53,970 nt of DNA, from the IMG/VR virus record IMGVR_UViG_3300025872_000072, positions 1 to 53,970 of that record; one strand, written 5' to 3'. The notes beneath the pieces are model-generated. The model saw only the letters and a program-made list of their open reading frames with translations. It did not search any database and was not told the DNA's origin. The stretch is from a virus (lineage: Duplodnaviria > Caudoviricetes). Positions within the stretch are counted from its first letter, which is position 1; each line of letters begins with the position of its first letter. The translations under genes were made by a program, and so were the position numbers. Of the stretch, positions 8,129 to 17,208 are shown in pieces.

Positions 8129-8785
8129 TTAGATTGGGACAAGCTTTACAGAGACCTGATTATCAGACTCTTTCCAGAATTTAATTGTGTTCTCAAGCTT
8201 TAGCCTTGACTTCTTTGCACGCTGGGAGGTGTTCAGTAGCTTTTCTTCGGCAGCTTGAAGCATTTTTTCGCTCCTGTTCTCAATGGAACCAATGAGAACA
8301 TTGCACTTTGCAAATGCCTTGTGTTTCGATAGCCTCATCTTTCCCTTAGATCGGACAGAGTTAGGTGCAATGAAGTCCGACTTTACAAGTCCAATGAAGT
8401 GGAGCACTGCAAATTCCTGCATTCCACGATTGACAACGTACAGAAAGTCCTTTGGCTTATCCTCGGTCACTGAGAACTCATCTGCTTGCAAGTTAACTGC
8501 ACCACCAGCAAGAGGAGAGGTGAGCTTGCACTCGAGTTCAACACCAATCTCACCGATCATAATGTCGGGCTTTCCTGTCTTGCCGTCTGCAATTACATCA
8601 GAGTATCTTGTAGACAGTTCCTTTGCGAAGAACTCTTCCTGTGCCTGGGATAGGATGACATTCCTTCGACCAGGATTGGACTCGAGTACCATATCGTATC
8701 TGGTGAAAAGTTCACCAAGTTCCGTGTGAAACTTGCAGAGTCTTCCAATGGCATTCTTAGCATCGGATTGTGTCAGGTACGACAT
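8129..8785 (-). CDS. PD-(D/E)xK nuclease resembling a type II restriction endonuclease
   Basis: QEEFF...GKPDIMIGEIGVELECKLTS gives an E...PD-x10-ExK active-site pattern. Confidence 0.65.
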   Translation of the reverse strand: MSYLTQSDAKNAIGRLCKFHTELGELFTRYDMVLESNPGRRNVILSQAQEEFFAKELSTRYSDVIADGKTGKPDIMIGEIGVELECKLTSPLAGGAVNLQADEFSVTEDKPKDFLYVVNRGMQEFAVLHFIGLVKSDFIAPNSVRSKGKMRLSKHKAFAKCNVLIGSIENRSEKMLQAAEEKLLNTSQRAKKSRLKLENTIKFWKESDNQVSVKLVPI

Positions 8786-8789
8786 GATT

Positions 8790-8830
8790 TCCTCCATGAT
8801 TCATTCTACATGGAGGAGAGCTGTGTTCAA
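8790..8830 (-). promoter_or_regulatory. Promoter TTGAAC-N16-TAGAAT with an SD-sequestering hairpin
   Basis: Perfect 9-bp TCCTCCATG/CATGGAGGA stem with the -10 box in the loop. Confidence 0.7.
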
Positions 8831-9195
8831 GTATTGAGATTCTTTTGCACGGCAGCAGTTATATTCTTACCCTTTGCTGCTGCGTCTCGAAGAGGACTAA
8901 GTCCAAGAATGCTACGAACCTTGTCATATTCTGCTTCGGTGAGCTTCTCACGTAGTATCTTCATATCAACGAACTGGCGTAAGTCCATCTCAAAAACTGG
9001 CACCTCATTTCCGTCATTGCCAGGTTCTGTCTCACCAGTGTTCCTGTTTATGAAGATGAAGAGGAGTGCCGGATCGGCCTCATTCGGTGGGACCTCAATG
9101 AATGGAAGCTGTGAATCCTCCTCATACATGATTTCAGGAATCCAGCTTGTGGGGGCGGTTGACTTCTTCTTGCTCATGGAAGAATCATTCGCCAC
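8827..9195 (-). CDS. Hypothetical protein
   Basis: 122-aa ORF; alternative start at 9177. Confidence 0.7.
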   Translation of the reverse strand: MANDSSMSKKKSTAPTSWIPEIMYEEDSQLPFIEVPPNEADPALLFIFINRNTGETEPGNDGNEVPVFEMDLRQFVDMKILREKLTEAEYDKVRSILGLSPLRDAAAKGKNITAAVQKNLNT

Positions 9196-10507
9196 TTGAC
9201 CTCACAGGTAAACCCGCCATTTTGATTTTCTGTAAGCCCTCATCGTGCACCTTGAGGAATGCCTTTCCTTCCTTAGTCTTTGATAGAACCTTCCTCACAT
9301 CATCAGTGACATCAGCAGAATACTGTTCTAAGAGTTCAGTGCGAAGAGACTCAAGAGCCTGTAGAAATTTCTTTCCTTCTTCACCCGCAGCCTTCGGATC
9401 TCTTATAGTCATGACAAAGTCTTCAATCGTTTTCTTGGTGACGATGACGACGGCAGCGCTGAAAAGATTTTCATCATTTGCGCTTCCTGCTATGCCACCG
9501 GACTTGAGAAGCTCCTTCTCCTTTCCATCTTTCTTGGCCTTTTCAACAAGATTCTGTGAAAGTTCCCTAATCTTCTCATCGGTTTCTTTTCCAAGACCGC
9601 TGATCTTGATGGCAACAGATGACTGCAACTTTATGAGGTTACGAAGCTCACTGATATCTTTTGCCTTTGCAGCATTTGCGGCAAACACGAAGGGAGAGTT
9701 AAGCTGTTCCACAAAATCCTTTGACATGTTTGACTTGAAATCTATAAGTTTCTTCATGTCCTCAGGCTTGACCAGAGTCTCAGGCGGCATTTTGCTTACA
9801 GCTTCAATGAAAGCCTTGGTCATGAAACGCGTTGCAAGCTTGAACTCTTTCTCAGTCGGAATGCTCCGCTTCTCAGAGGCTGCCTCAACAATTACAGGCA
9901 AAAGTTCTTGACCTTGTAGTCCCTCAGGCAGACCAGTTATTCCAAGCCTTCTATCAAGGTCATTGATGAACTGCCTTTGGGCATCTTGAAACGCCTTCAG
10001 CTGCATGGGTGCTCCACGCAAAAGCTGCTGTGTCATGTTAGCGATACTTGCGTTTCGCTTCTCCTCTTCGGTCTCTGGCTCTTCGCCACGACGTTCAGCA
10101 TAATCGAAATCGAAACCAGATTCTCTAAGAAAATCCTTCATGTCGTTGATCCAGCCTGGCCCTTCTATTATTGCCTTGGCGGCAAGGTACTGCCCAGGAG
10201 CCATGACATAAGCGACAAACTGGAAGTCTGAACCCATTGAACTCGTGATTTCACCAATCTTGTTCTGGTACTCAGAGATTATTCCTTCCTTCGTCGTCTT
10301 ATACCTTTCTTTCAGCTGTTTGATCTTCTCGGGGTTTGATGTGAACGAGATTGCGATAAAATGACGTGTAGAGTTGAGGATGTCCTTGAAGGCAATTTTG
10401 GCAACCTTCAATACGTCAGTGAAAGACGAAAGTAGCGTACCAAGGAATGTTGCTTCCTCACGTAGGACCTCAAGCCTAACATACTTCCTGATGTCTTCCT
10501 CTTTCAC
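9185..10507 (-). CDS. Helical probable virion protein with leader IRKYVRLEVLREE
   Basis: 440-aa ORF in a late-type operon. Confidence 0.65.
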   Translation of the reverse strand: MKEEDIRKYVRLEVLREEATFLGTLLSSFTDVLKVAKIAFKDILNSTRHFIAISFTSNPEKIKQLKERYKTTKEGIISEYQNKIGEITSSMGSDFQFVAYVMAPGQYLAAKAIIEGPGWINDMKDFLRESGFDFDYAERRGEEPETEEEKRNASIANMTQQLLRGAPMQLKAFQDAQRQFINDLDRRLGITGLPEGLQGQELLPVIVEAASEKRSIPTEKEFKLATRFMTKAFIEAVSKMPPETLVKPEDMKKLIDFKSNMSKDFVEQLNSPFVFAANAAKAKDISELRNLIKLQSSVAIKISGLGKETDEKIRELSQNLVEKAKKDGKEKELLKSGGIAGSANDENLFSAAVVIVTKKTIEDFVMTIRDPKAAGEEGKKFLQALESLRTELLEQYSADVTDDVRKVLSKTKEGKAFLKVHDEGLQKIKMAGLPVRSSGE

Positions 10508-11484
10508 TTTTCCTTCTCAACGATTGGGGGAAGGGGCTGGGTCCTCGGGTTACCACCCATTGCGGACCTTTGCGCAGCACGAAGCTGGTTCTTCAAGGCT
10601 CTTATAGCAAGGCCAAGAACATGCTTACTATCAGACCCATTCTCTTGGTAAGACCTGATTCTCTCAAGGTCCTCAATTCGCATCTCAATGTCTGCGATGT
10701 GTGACCTTGAACCAAAGGGGACGAGCTTGCCATTCCTGACGGGAACGTCAACCTCCTTCAGTCTTCTCTTCACGCCTTCACCAACCATGACAGGTGAGAC
10801 TATGGGCAAATCAGCACTGGCCTTTTGCTGCTTCTTTTGGGGAGCTACAGGCTCACTTGTCTTCTTCTTTACATCGGCCTTCATCCCACTGGGAACAGGC
10901 ACCTCAGACGGATCCATACCTGCGAGTATCATCCTCGCAAGAGCATCGAGGTAAGTGAACATGTCCTTTGCTTGGTTGTCTGTCAGTGATGTGACGTAGT
11001 TGTCTATCGCCTTCATCACCTTGTCATCCTTCATTGAGGAACCAGCGCGTATCTTGTTTACTCGGTCAATGACACTGAGGCCGGTAACTGTGTCAGGCAA
11101 CTTTGCAGGTGTCTTCTTTAGCTCGGCAGCTCCCGGTAACTCCTTTGGCTTCTCAGGCTTATCTTCAGCTTCAGCATCAGTATCGGCATCTTCCTCACCT
11201 CCGCCTTCCGCATCACCTGACTCTTCCTCACCAGAAGATTCCTCACCGCCCTCTTCGCCACCCTCATCACCCCCCTCGTCAGGGGTGTCAGAAAAGAGAT
11301 CGTCGCCTGCATCTTCACCACCTTCCTTCTCTTCGTCCTCTTCCTCAGAAATAGAACGAATCTTGATTGCAGCGTTCGACATCTTTCGCTGCTTCTTAAT
11401 CTCATCTGTGTCCTGTTCCTCTTTGAGGAGGCCAAGCGCACGAAGGAGACCAGACTTGGTGTTTATCATTCTCATCTTTCCCAC
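10504..11484 (-). CDS. Probable virion/prohead protein with a long acidic Gly/Glu-rich region
   Basis: 326 aa, LLRALGLLKEE leader, low-complexity acidic tract. Confidence 0.65.
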   Translation of the reverse strand: MGKMRMINTKSGLLRALGLLKEEQDTDEIKKQRKMSNAAIKIRSISEEEDEEKEGGEDAGDDLFSDTPDEGGDEGGEEGGEESSGEEESGDAEGGGEEDADTDAEAEDKPEKPKELPGAAELKKTPAKLPDTVTGLSVIDRVNKIRAGSSMKDDKVMKAIDNYVTSLTDNQAKDMFTYLDALARMILAGMDPSEVPVPSGMKADVKKKTSEPVAPQKKQQKASADLPIVSPVMVGEGVKRRLKEVDVPVRNGKLVPFGSRSHIADIEMRIEDLERIRSYQENGSDSKHVLGLAIRALKNQLRAAQRSAMGGNPRTQPLPPIVEKEK

Positions 11485-11639
11485 CGAGTCCTATTTTGTG
11501 GAAGTTCACGATAACGTTGTGCATACTCACGCTGTGGTGTAAGTTCCTCCTGCTTTGGAGACTCCTTCACTGACTCACGCTTCACAATGTCACTCATGAA
11601 CTTATCAAACTCAAATGAGTGTTCCTGGTTGTCGTTCAT
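11472..11639 (-). CDS. Small hypothetical protein
   Basis: ATG at 11639 with AAAGGAG SD, downstream of ATAGTTA. Confidence 0.6.
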   Translation of the reverse strand: MNDNQEHSFEFDKFMSDIVKRESVKESPKQEELTPQREYAQRYRELPQNRTRWER

Positions 11640-11653
11640 ATGCACTCCTTTCA

Positions 11654-11941
11654 CTAACTATTGACTAAGATCCCGGATAGTTTAACTGTTCCCGTACTTG
11701 ATTCATAGGAAGCTTTGTCAACTGCAAGTTTCAATGAAAGAGTACGTCCTTTGACGACAACCTGCTTGCCAAACAAAAACATGGACTCTTCGATGTCGCC
11801 AGCATTCTGCACCGTGACTTTTGCTCTAGTTGCAGAACCCTCAGCAGAAAGCCTAATGCTCAATACACTGGAAGCTTCAATCACAACGTCGTCATCAAGC
11901 TCAATGACATCACGAAGAGCGTCAGACATGATGATTGACAT
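11654..11941 (-). CDS. Hypothetical beta-rich protein
   Basis: Start at 11941 abuts the upstream stop at 11943. Confidence 0.55.
   Translation of the reverse strand: MSIIMSDALRDVIELDDDVVIEASSVLSIRLSAEGSATRAKVTVQNAGDIEESMFLFGKQVVVKGRTLSLKLAVDKASYESSTGTVKLSGILVNS
11655..11661 (-). promoter_or_regulatory. Putative late promoter ATAGTTA
   Basis: Recurrent heptamer. Confidence 0.55.
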
Positions 11942-11942
11942 T

Positions 11943-12281
11943 TCACAATCCTGTGATCTCGCTGTAGACCTCGTCCAAGCTTTTGGTGAACTCATCATCA
12001 CCAAAGCTTCTTGATTCACACTTGACTTCGACTTTTAGTCCTGTCACCCTGAGTATCACACTATGGTATGTTTCATCTTCTAGTTCAAGAGCGGCAGACA
12101 CAAAATCCTTCAGATGATTCCTCTGAGTAAAGTTGTAAGCACGAAGCAAGCTGTCTTCTTTTCTCTTCCAATCTGACTTTAGCGGACTGATTGGGAGATT
12201 CCTGCCTACGAGATTTTCAATAAGAGTTCCCCTCTCTTGCGCAGTATCGAAGTATTCACTTAGCAGGTTACTTACCTTCAC
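11943..12281 (-). CDS. Pterin-4-alpha-carbinolamine dehydratase (PhhB/PCD)-like protein with an N-terminal extension
   Basis: W...LLRAYNF...FV...LEDETYH..L.V....VEV follows the PCD pattern. The HHP motif is altered to YHS. Confidence 0.55.
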   Translation of the reverse strand: MKVSNLLSEYFDTAQERGTLIENLVGRNLPISPLKSDWKRKEDSLLRAYNFTQRNHLKDFVSAALELEDETYHSVILRVTGLKVEVKCESRSFGDDEFTKSLDEVYSEITGL

Positions 12282-12283
12282 TT

Positions 12284-12676
12284 TTATGCCCTCGGTACGT
12301 CAAGATCAGGCTCATCATTTCCTACATCCAGCGTCCTCAAGAACTCAAGATAGAACTTTTTGACATTTTCCTCGGGAACAAGCTCAGAAAGAGCCTGAAG
12401 GGCATAACCCAGTTCCTTTGATGAGCCAGGTACGTAAGAAGGATCCTCAACGGGAGGCCTCTCGGTTGAGAGCTGAACTGCCGTCTGCTGCGACGCTGAT
12501 ATTGGGACATTCTTTCCCAGGGTGGAGCTAGACATCTGCTTGTCGTCATTGCCGCTCTGACCTGCAGTTACATCACCTGTGAGCGCAATCTCACGCAAAA
12601 GCTGCCGTATCACTGTTTCATTGACAAGAATCCGATCAGTTGATGTATTCTTTCTTGTTCGATTTGACATTGACAT
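12284..12676 (-). CDS. Probable virion protein with leader-like VNETVIRQLLRE
   Basis: ORF in a compact operon; start uncertain (12676 or 12670). Confidence 0.6.
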   Translation of the reverse strand: MSMSNRTRKNTSTDRILVNETVIRQLLREIALTGDVTAGQSGNDDKQMSSSTLGKNVPISASQQTAVQLSTERPPVEDPSYVPGSSKELGYALQALSELVPEENVKKFYLEFLRTLDVGNDEPDLDVPRA

Positions 12677-12869
12677 TTCCCTTGTGATGTGAGTTTCTTT
12701 GTTCAGCGTCGAGGGCCTGTAGTGCTTCTGCCATCTTCTCAATGGCGCTGTTAGTACCCTGTAGCGCACGCACCATGAGGGTCACGTTGTGCTCTAACAC
12801 GGCAACCCTCTTCTCTAGAGCGTTTATGCGTGCTGTGTTACCACCGAACAGCCGTTCAAACAGGCTCAT
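12636..12869 (-). CDS. Small coiled-coil hypothetical protein
   Basis: 77 aa with a heptad pattern and an ATGA overlap. Confidence 0.6.
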   Translation of the reverse strand: MSLFERLFGGNTARINALEKRVAVLEHNVTLMVRALQGTNSAIEKMAEALQALDAEQRNSHHKGNVNVKSNKKEYIN

Positions 12870-13120
12870 TCGCCCTCACCAATCGCATCATAGATTGTGT
12901 TTGCCTCAACCTTTGACAGTCTCTTGATAGTCTTGTTTCTCTTCGTCTTTACAACCCTATCAAAGATCCGCTTAGTTTCTTCATCATTGTCAAGTATTCC
13001 AACAATGAAGAACTCAAGGATCTCTTGCATTGTCACATGATTCTCAATACAGGCCTTGCGAAACGCAATGTGCATGTCCTCTGAAACCTGTATGTGAATT
13101 GCCTTACGAGGAATGTTCAT
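12866..13120 (-). CDS. Small ribbon-helix-helix-like DNA-binding protein
   Basis: KAIHIQVSEDMHIAFRKACIENHVTMQEILEFFI fits the RHH pattern. Confidence 0.5.
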   Translation of the reverse strand: MNIPRKAIHIQVSEDMHIAFRKACIENHVTMQEILEFFIVGILDNDEETKRIFDRVVKTKRNKTIKRLSKVEANTIYDAIGEGE

Positions 13121-13653
13121 ACTGCTCCTCCTCCTCCTGGCATTGCGCCTACTGCGAAATGACGTCCTACACTCTTGTCATCATCAGAAGTTGTTGGCCC
13201 ACCCTCAGGTGAGGGTTCATAATCGAACTCTGTCTTTAGAATTTCCATGAACTTCTGTGCTGTATCATCGTCATACTTTGTCTGCAGGTAATCCTCGGTC
13301 CTATTGACTATAACCGATGGTATATCGAGCAGGGTGTCGTAATTTTTAACGATACGCATAACTTCAGTGGCAAAAATTCCCAGGTCGATTGGAGGCATTC
13401 CCGTCTTTTCTTCGCCCTCAGTTTCGCCCTCAGCCTCGAATAGGAAAGCAAGCGATGTTCGCCTGATGGATTCCGTTGCGGTCATTGACTGTTGGCCCTT
13501 GCCTACCTTAACAGCAGTACGCTCAGCATCCATGATGTGTCTGAGTATCTGCCTGTCGACTGATGCGTCCTCGGTGGGCTTAGACGATATGGATGACTCA
13601 GCATCCTCATCGGCCTCAAACATGAGCTTGAGGCTTGGTTTAAACAGGTTCAT
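13117..13653 (-). CDS. Probable virion/prohead protein with repeated L(M/L)FEA motifs
   Basis: 178 aa, acidic, with LKLMFEA and LAFLFEA. Confidence 0.6.
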   Translation of the reverse strand: MNLFKPSLKLMFEADEDAESSISSKPTEDASVDRQILRHIMDAERTAVKVGKGQQSMTATESIRRTSLAFLFEAEGETEGEEKTGMPPIDLGIFATEVMRIVKNYDTLLDIPSVIVNRTEDYLQTKYDDDTAQKFMEILKTEFDYEPSPEGGPTTSDDDKSVGRHFAVGAMPGGGGAV

Positions 13654-14357
13654 GATAGCACCTTCGCGGCCTTCTCGGCCTTTTCAAACCTTGCGTGCAC
13701 CTTTGTCCAGTTGATCTCTCGCATCATGGCAAAGACGTATGACTTTCTATCAGTGAGATAGTCACGATAATAGGCGTGCTCCCAGCAGTCCATCACGATC
13801 ACAGGAATGCAACCCATTGGAATGTTGCCATTGTGAAGGTCAACCATCACGTTGATGTAACGCTTGAGGAATGTGTTGTAGCAAGTGACTGCCCACCCAT
13901 TTCTTGAAGAAATGCTACATGCTATGAAGTCTTTCTGCCAGGCATCAAATGAGCCCCAGTCACGTTCAAGTCTCATGTATGTGAGTGAATCGGTTGTTAT
14001 TGATGACTTTGGGTCACCGATGTTATCGAAGTAAAGCCCATGCAGGAATGCTGCATTGAGATTATGAGACTCATCGAGCTTGAGGCAACGAAACTCACTG
14101 TGGTTCGGTGATGCGTCGTCGCGACTAACTGAGTCCAACTTTGCAGAAACTTCATTCAGGGTCTTTACATACCCGTCAAGGAGTTTCTGGTGCGATGCCT
14201 TTGTCTTCTCGGACAAAGACTCTGTGTTAGTCTCAAACGTCTTTGACTGTACGACGTAAGCCTCGTCGACCTTCTTTGGCTTGGCACTCTTTGGAATAAC
14301 CTCGCTTACGGCTTCACTCACAATCTTGCCAAGAAAATCATTCTGTCTGGTCGCCAT
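13650..14357 (-). CDS. sod: Fe/Mn superoxide dismutase with an N-terminal extension
   Basis: H..L..GYV, LHGLYF, WGSFDAW..DF, GWA, DCWEHAYY metal-ligand signature. Confidence 0.9.
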   Translation of the reverse strand: MATRQNDFLGKIVSEAVSEVIPKSAKPKKVDEAYVVQSKTFETNTESLSEKTKASHQKLLDGYVKTLNEVSAKLDSVSRDDASPNHSEFRCLKLDESHNLNAAFLHGLYFDNIGDPKSSITTDSLTYMRLERDWGSFDAWQKDFIACSISSRNGWAVTCYNTFLKRYINVMVDLHNGNIPMGCIPVIVMDCWEHAYYRDYLTDRKSYVFAMMREINWTKVHARFEKAEKAAKVLS

Positions 14358-14857
14358 TAGGCCTCCTCGTATTCTTTTTCAAAAGCCGCCTGGTCAACTA
14401 CAAAGATTCTCTCACCTTCATCAGGCTTGCTTGGTGTCTTTGGATAAGCCTTCTTTCCGCGGTCGACAGTGTCTTCCTTCTCATCAGGCTTCTCATCATC
14501 GGTCTCGTTCTCCATGCCTATGATGTCATGGGCAGCTTGATCTGCAAGTTCCTTGGCTTCGCGGTCTGCTTGGATCTCAGCACCCACTTCCTTTGGAACG
14601 ATCTTAGTGACATCAGTCGTGCTTGGACGAGGAGTTTCGGGAGTACGAAGTGTGACCTGGGCTGTTCCGTCCTTGCCGGACACTTTGTCAACAGTGTACT
14701 CATAGCCAGATGACTTGTGGAGGACCTTCAAGTCCTGACCGATTATCATCTTGCCCCTTGAGTCGAAGACGTTGATCTCACTAATGAGCCCCCTCAGGTG
14801 AGATACATACTCTTCCTTCATCATCTTGATGAGTCCCTTGTCGTCGATCTTTCTCAT
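14357..14857 (-). CDS. Probable virion protein with leader GLIKMMKEE
   Basis: 166 aa, first gene after ATAGTTA at 14876. Confidence 0.6.
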   Translation of the reverse strand: MRKIDDKGLIKMMKEEYVSHLRGLISEINVFDSRGKMIIGQDLKVLHKSSGYEYTVDKVSGKDGTAQVTLRTPETPRPSTTDVTKIVPKEVGAEIQADREAKELADQAAHDIIGMENETDDEKPDEKEDTVDRGKKAYPKTPSKPDEGERIFVVDQAAFEKEYEEA

Positions 14858-14875
14858 GACGGTCCCTACAATGTA

Positions 14876-14882
14876 TAACTAT
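14876..14882 (-). promoter_or_regulatory. Putative late promoter ATAGTTA
   Basis: Recurrent heptamer at the head of the 14857-to-11654 gene run. Confidence 0.55.
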
Positions 14883-15289
14883 CAATCCGTGTATCGTCTG
14901 ATTAACACACCGGCATTCTCAAGTATTCCCAAACCCGAAGCATCCCTGTATGGATTCATGTATATGACCTCTTGAATGCCTCCATTCACAATGGCCTTTG
15001 CACACTGCCTACAGGGCGAGTGTGTGAGGTACATCTTCTTTCGCTTTGGATTGTTGAAATCAAGTTTGATAAGAGCATTGATCTCGGCATGTATGAAACC
15101 TGATTGACCAGGCTCAGATGACTCAACCTCATTGGGTCCTCCTCTCTGGTCTCCATTGTAACCGACAGCAAGCACCTGGGTGTTGTCATCCGTCACTATG
15201 ACGGCTCCGACGGATGTCCGTTGGTCAACAGACCTCCTTGAGAGAATCATTGATGTTTCCATCCAAACTTGATCCCACGATGGTCTCAC
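14882..15289 (-). CDS. dCMP deaminase
   Basis: RPSW, VGAVIV, GYNG, HAEINA, SPCRQCAK. Likely GTG start at 15289 after GGAGAG (track start 15364). Confidence 0.93.
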   Translation of the reverse strand: MRPSWDQVWMETSMILSRRSVDQRTSVGAVIVTDDNTQVLAVGYNGDQRGGPNEVESSEPGQSGFIHAEINALIKLDFNNPKRKKMYLTHSPCRQCAKAIVNGGIQEVIYMNPYRDASGLGILENAGVLIRRYTD

Positions 15290-15377
15290 GTTTCTCTCCG
15301 TTGAATCAGGATAATCACAAGAAGTCGTGTTGGTTATTACCTTATCAATCGTGCTGTTTGTCACAGAGGGTCACACG

Positions 15378-16232
15378 TTACTTATCGAACAAGGTTTCGA
15401 TGCTAGTGTCTGCTGGTAGGGCAAAGCCGGCTGCCTTCCTGTGTCCTCCGCCTCCGTACCTCTTGGCGACCTCGCTGACATCCGAGTCCTCATGGTGTGC
15501 GCGAAGGCTCACCTTCACCTGACGAGTATCGTGGTCATAGTACCAGATCACTGCAAAGTCACACTTCGGGGATAGGGCATTCCCAATCTCAGACATCCAG
15601 TGTGGAGAGTTCACCACGAGGACTTCCTTTCCGTCCATCTTTCTTGCCGTCGCGTGCTTGGCGATCTTGGAGATGACAGTCTTGGAATAGGCGAGGATGT
15701 AGGCTCCCCTCTCCTGGGCATTGTCGACTGCAGAGTCGTCGAGGTATTTGTCGAACTCCTCGAAGTCGAAAGGTACCATGTCGAAGGCCGCAGCGAACTC
15801 CTTCGAGTACGGGATCTCCCACTTCCAGAGGTCCCTGTCCTCGATATGACGGATCATGCGAGGGGGCTCTTTCGTCGGATGAAAGAACTTCCAGGCCAGC
15901 ATTGCACCGCTCTGTCCCATATCGAAGTGGGTGCATGAGATGTCGTGGAGCTCCACCATGGCAGACTTGTGGTGGTCGAGGACGAGGAAGCCCTTGGCCT
16001 CCTTGATGAGACGCTTGGTGGTGGCATTGTCGTAGGAGAAGTCCACCACGAGGACGTTCTTTCCGGATACGTCAGGCGGTGGCTCACCGTACTTTGCTGC
16101 ATGGTATGTCGCCCTATCACCGAGCAGTTTCCAAGCAGCGTATGCCGCACCGAAACCGTCTGTGCAGGATGCGTGGTAGATGACGAGGTCCACACTGTGC
16201 GGATCAAGAAGGCTTCCCATATTGGCGGACAT
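15378..16232 (-). CDS. DHH/DHHA1 phosphoesterase
   Basis: YHASCTDG, VDFS, LDHH, IEDRDLW, SLR, GGGHRKAAGF. Confidence 0.92.
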   Translation of the reverse strand: MSANMGSLLDPHSVDLVIYHASCTDGFGAAYAAWKLLGDRATYHAAKYGEPPPDVSGKNVLVVDFSYDNATTKRLIKEAKGFLVLDHHKSAMVELHDISCTHFDMGQSGAMLAWKFFHPTKEPPRMIRHIEDRDLWKWEIPYSKEFAAAFDMVPFDFEEFDKYLDDSAVDNAQERGAYILAYSKTVISKIAKHATARKMDGKEVLVVNSPHWMSEIGNALSPKCDFAVIWYYDHDTRQVKVSLRAHHEDSDVSEVAKRYGGGGHRKAAGFALPADTSIETLFDK

Positions 16233-16244
16233 CTCCTATTCTCC

Positions 16245-16826
16245 TCAATTATGCCCGATGCCTGTGGTAAGAGGATGGCATGCCCAGCACATGGGCTCGT
16301 ATGTGTCTGCACCACCTACAGAAATTTCATCAAGTGATGGAACGCGCCTGTGTGTGAGCTGGGCATCATCGCCGCACGATACACAGACAGCCGTGCACTT
16401 TTCGACCTTCGTTGCGAATGGGAGGAGCTTCTCTACTTCTGTGAAAGATCGTAAGTTTGCTGAGAGTTCAATTGACGAGACATACACGGAGATTCCCATA
16501 CGAAAAACCTCGATGAGGGCATCTGCGATACCATCGATCATGAAGGCCTCATCTACTGCGACAACTTCGGGTTTCTCATTTCGAATGATGTGAAGGACTT
16601 CCTGTCCACTAGAGACAGCGATGGCCGCCATCGAGGCGCCTGAATGGGTTACGATTGCACTGTCAGAATACCTGCTATCAATCACAGGTTTAAAGCAGGA
16701 GACTTTCGTCTCACGGAGACGGTGTCTCTCAATCGCTCCAACTAATCTCGTTGACTTTCCTGACCACATTGGTCCCGTAAAAACAACGAACTCTCGATTA
16801 ATCCTTGCCCGACGACGTACGGCCAT
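16245..16826 (-). CDS. tdk: Thymidine kinase
   Basis: GPMWSGKS, KPVIDSRY, VDEAF, CVSCG, VGGADTYEPMCWAC. Confidence 0.93.
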   Translation of the reverse strand: MAVRRRARINREFVVFTGPMWSGKSTRLVGAIERHRLRETKVSCFKPVIDSRYSDSAIVTHSGASMAAIAVSSGQEVLHIIRNEKPEVVAVDEAFMIDGIADALIEVFRMGISVYVSSIELSANLRSFTEVEKLLPFATKVEKCTAVCVSCGDDAQLTHRRVPSLDEISVGGADTYEPMCWACHPLTTGIGHN

Positions 16827-17208
16827 AATCATCCTCCAGTCTAACGAACGTGTCCCTTGACCTATCACCGATCTCGATGATAGTTGAATCATCTACTGAC
16901 TTAATTCTATAAGGACACTCGGACTGTATAGAAAAGGTTTCACCTGCTACAATCACCACTGTTGAGTATGGATTTTCTGCGGTGTTTGAAACAGTGAAAG
17001 AGTTTCCAAAAGTGATCTCAACACAACCCTGAAGCACAAAGAATGACTTGTTCTTTAGCCTGTGATACTTGAGACTTGTCCTGTTTCCTGCTCTAATCTT
17101 TATGATCTTGCCCACCAGCGTGTCAGGTGTTGACCAGGTCCATGTCTCACCCCAAGGAGTCATCTCCTTCTTAGCGGGCCCTGCCCATCCTATCTTTGGT
17201 TCTGTCAT
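16798..17208 (-). CDS. Cupin protein (mannose-6-phosphate isomerase type II C-terminal-like)
   Basis: TPWG, KIIKI..G.RTSLKYH, G....I.....YRI. Several metal ligands are altered. Confidence 0.7.
   Translation of the reverse strand: MTEPKIGWAGPAKKEMTPWGETWTWSTPDTLVGKIIKIRAGNRTSLKYHRLKNKSFFVLQGCVEITFGNSFTVSNTAENPYSTVVIVAGETFSIQSECPYRIKSVDDSTIIEIGDRSRDTFVRLEDDYGRTSSGKD

Noticed and set aside
11150-11345. Low-complexity CTC/TCC-rich tract as a DNA repeat element
   Set aside because: Explained by the Glu/Gly/Asp-rich disordered segment of the encoded protein.
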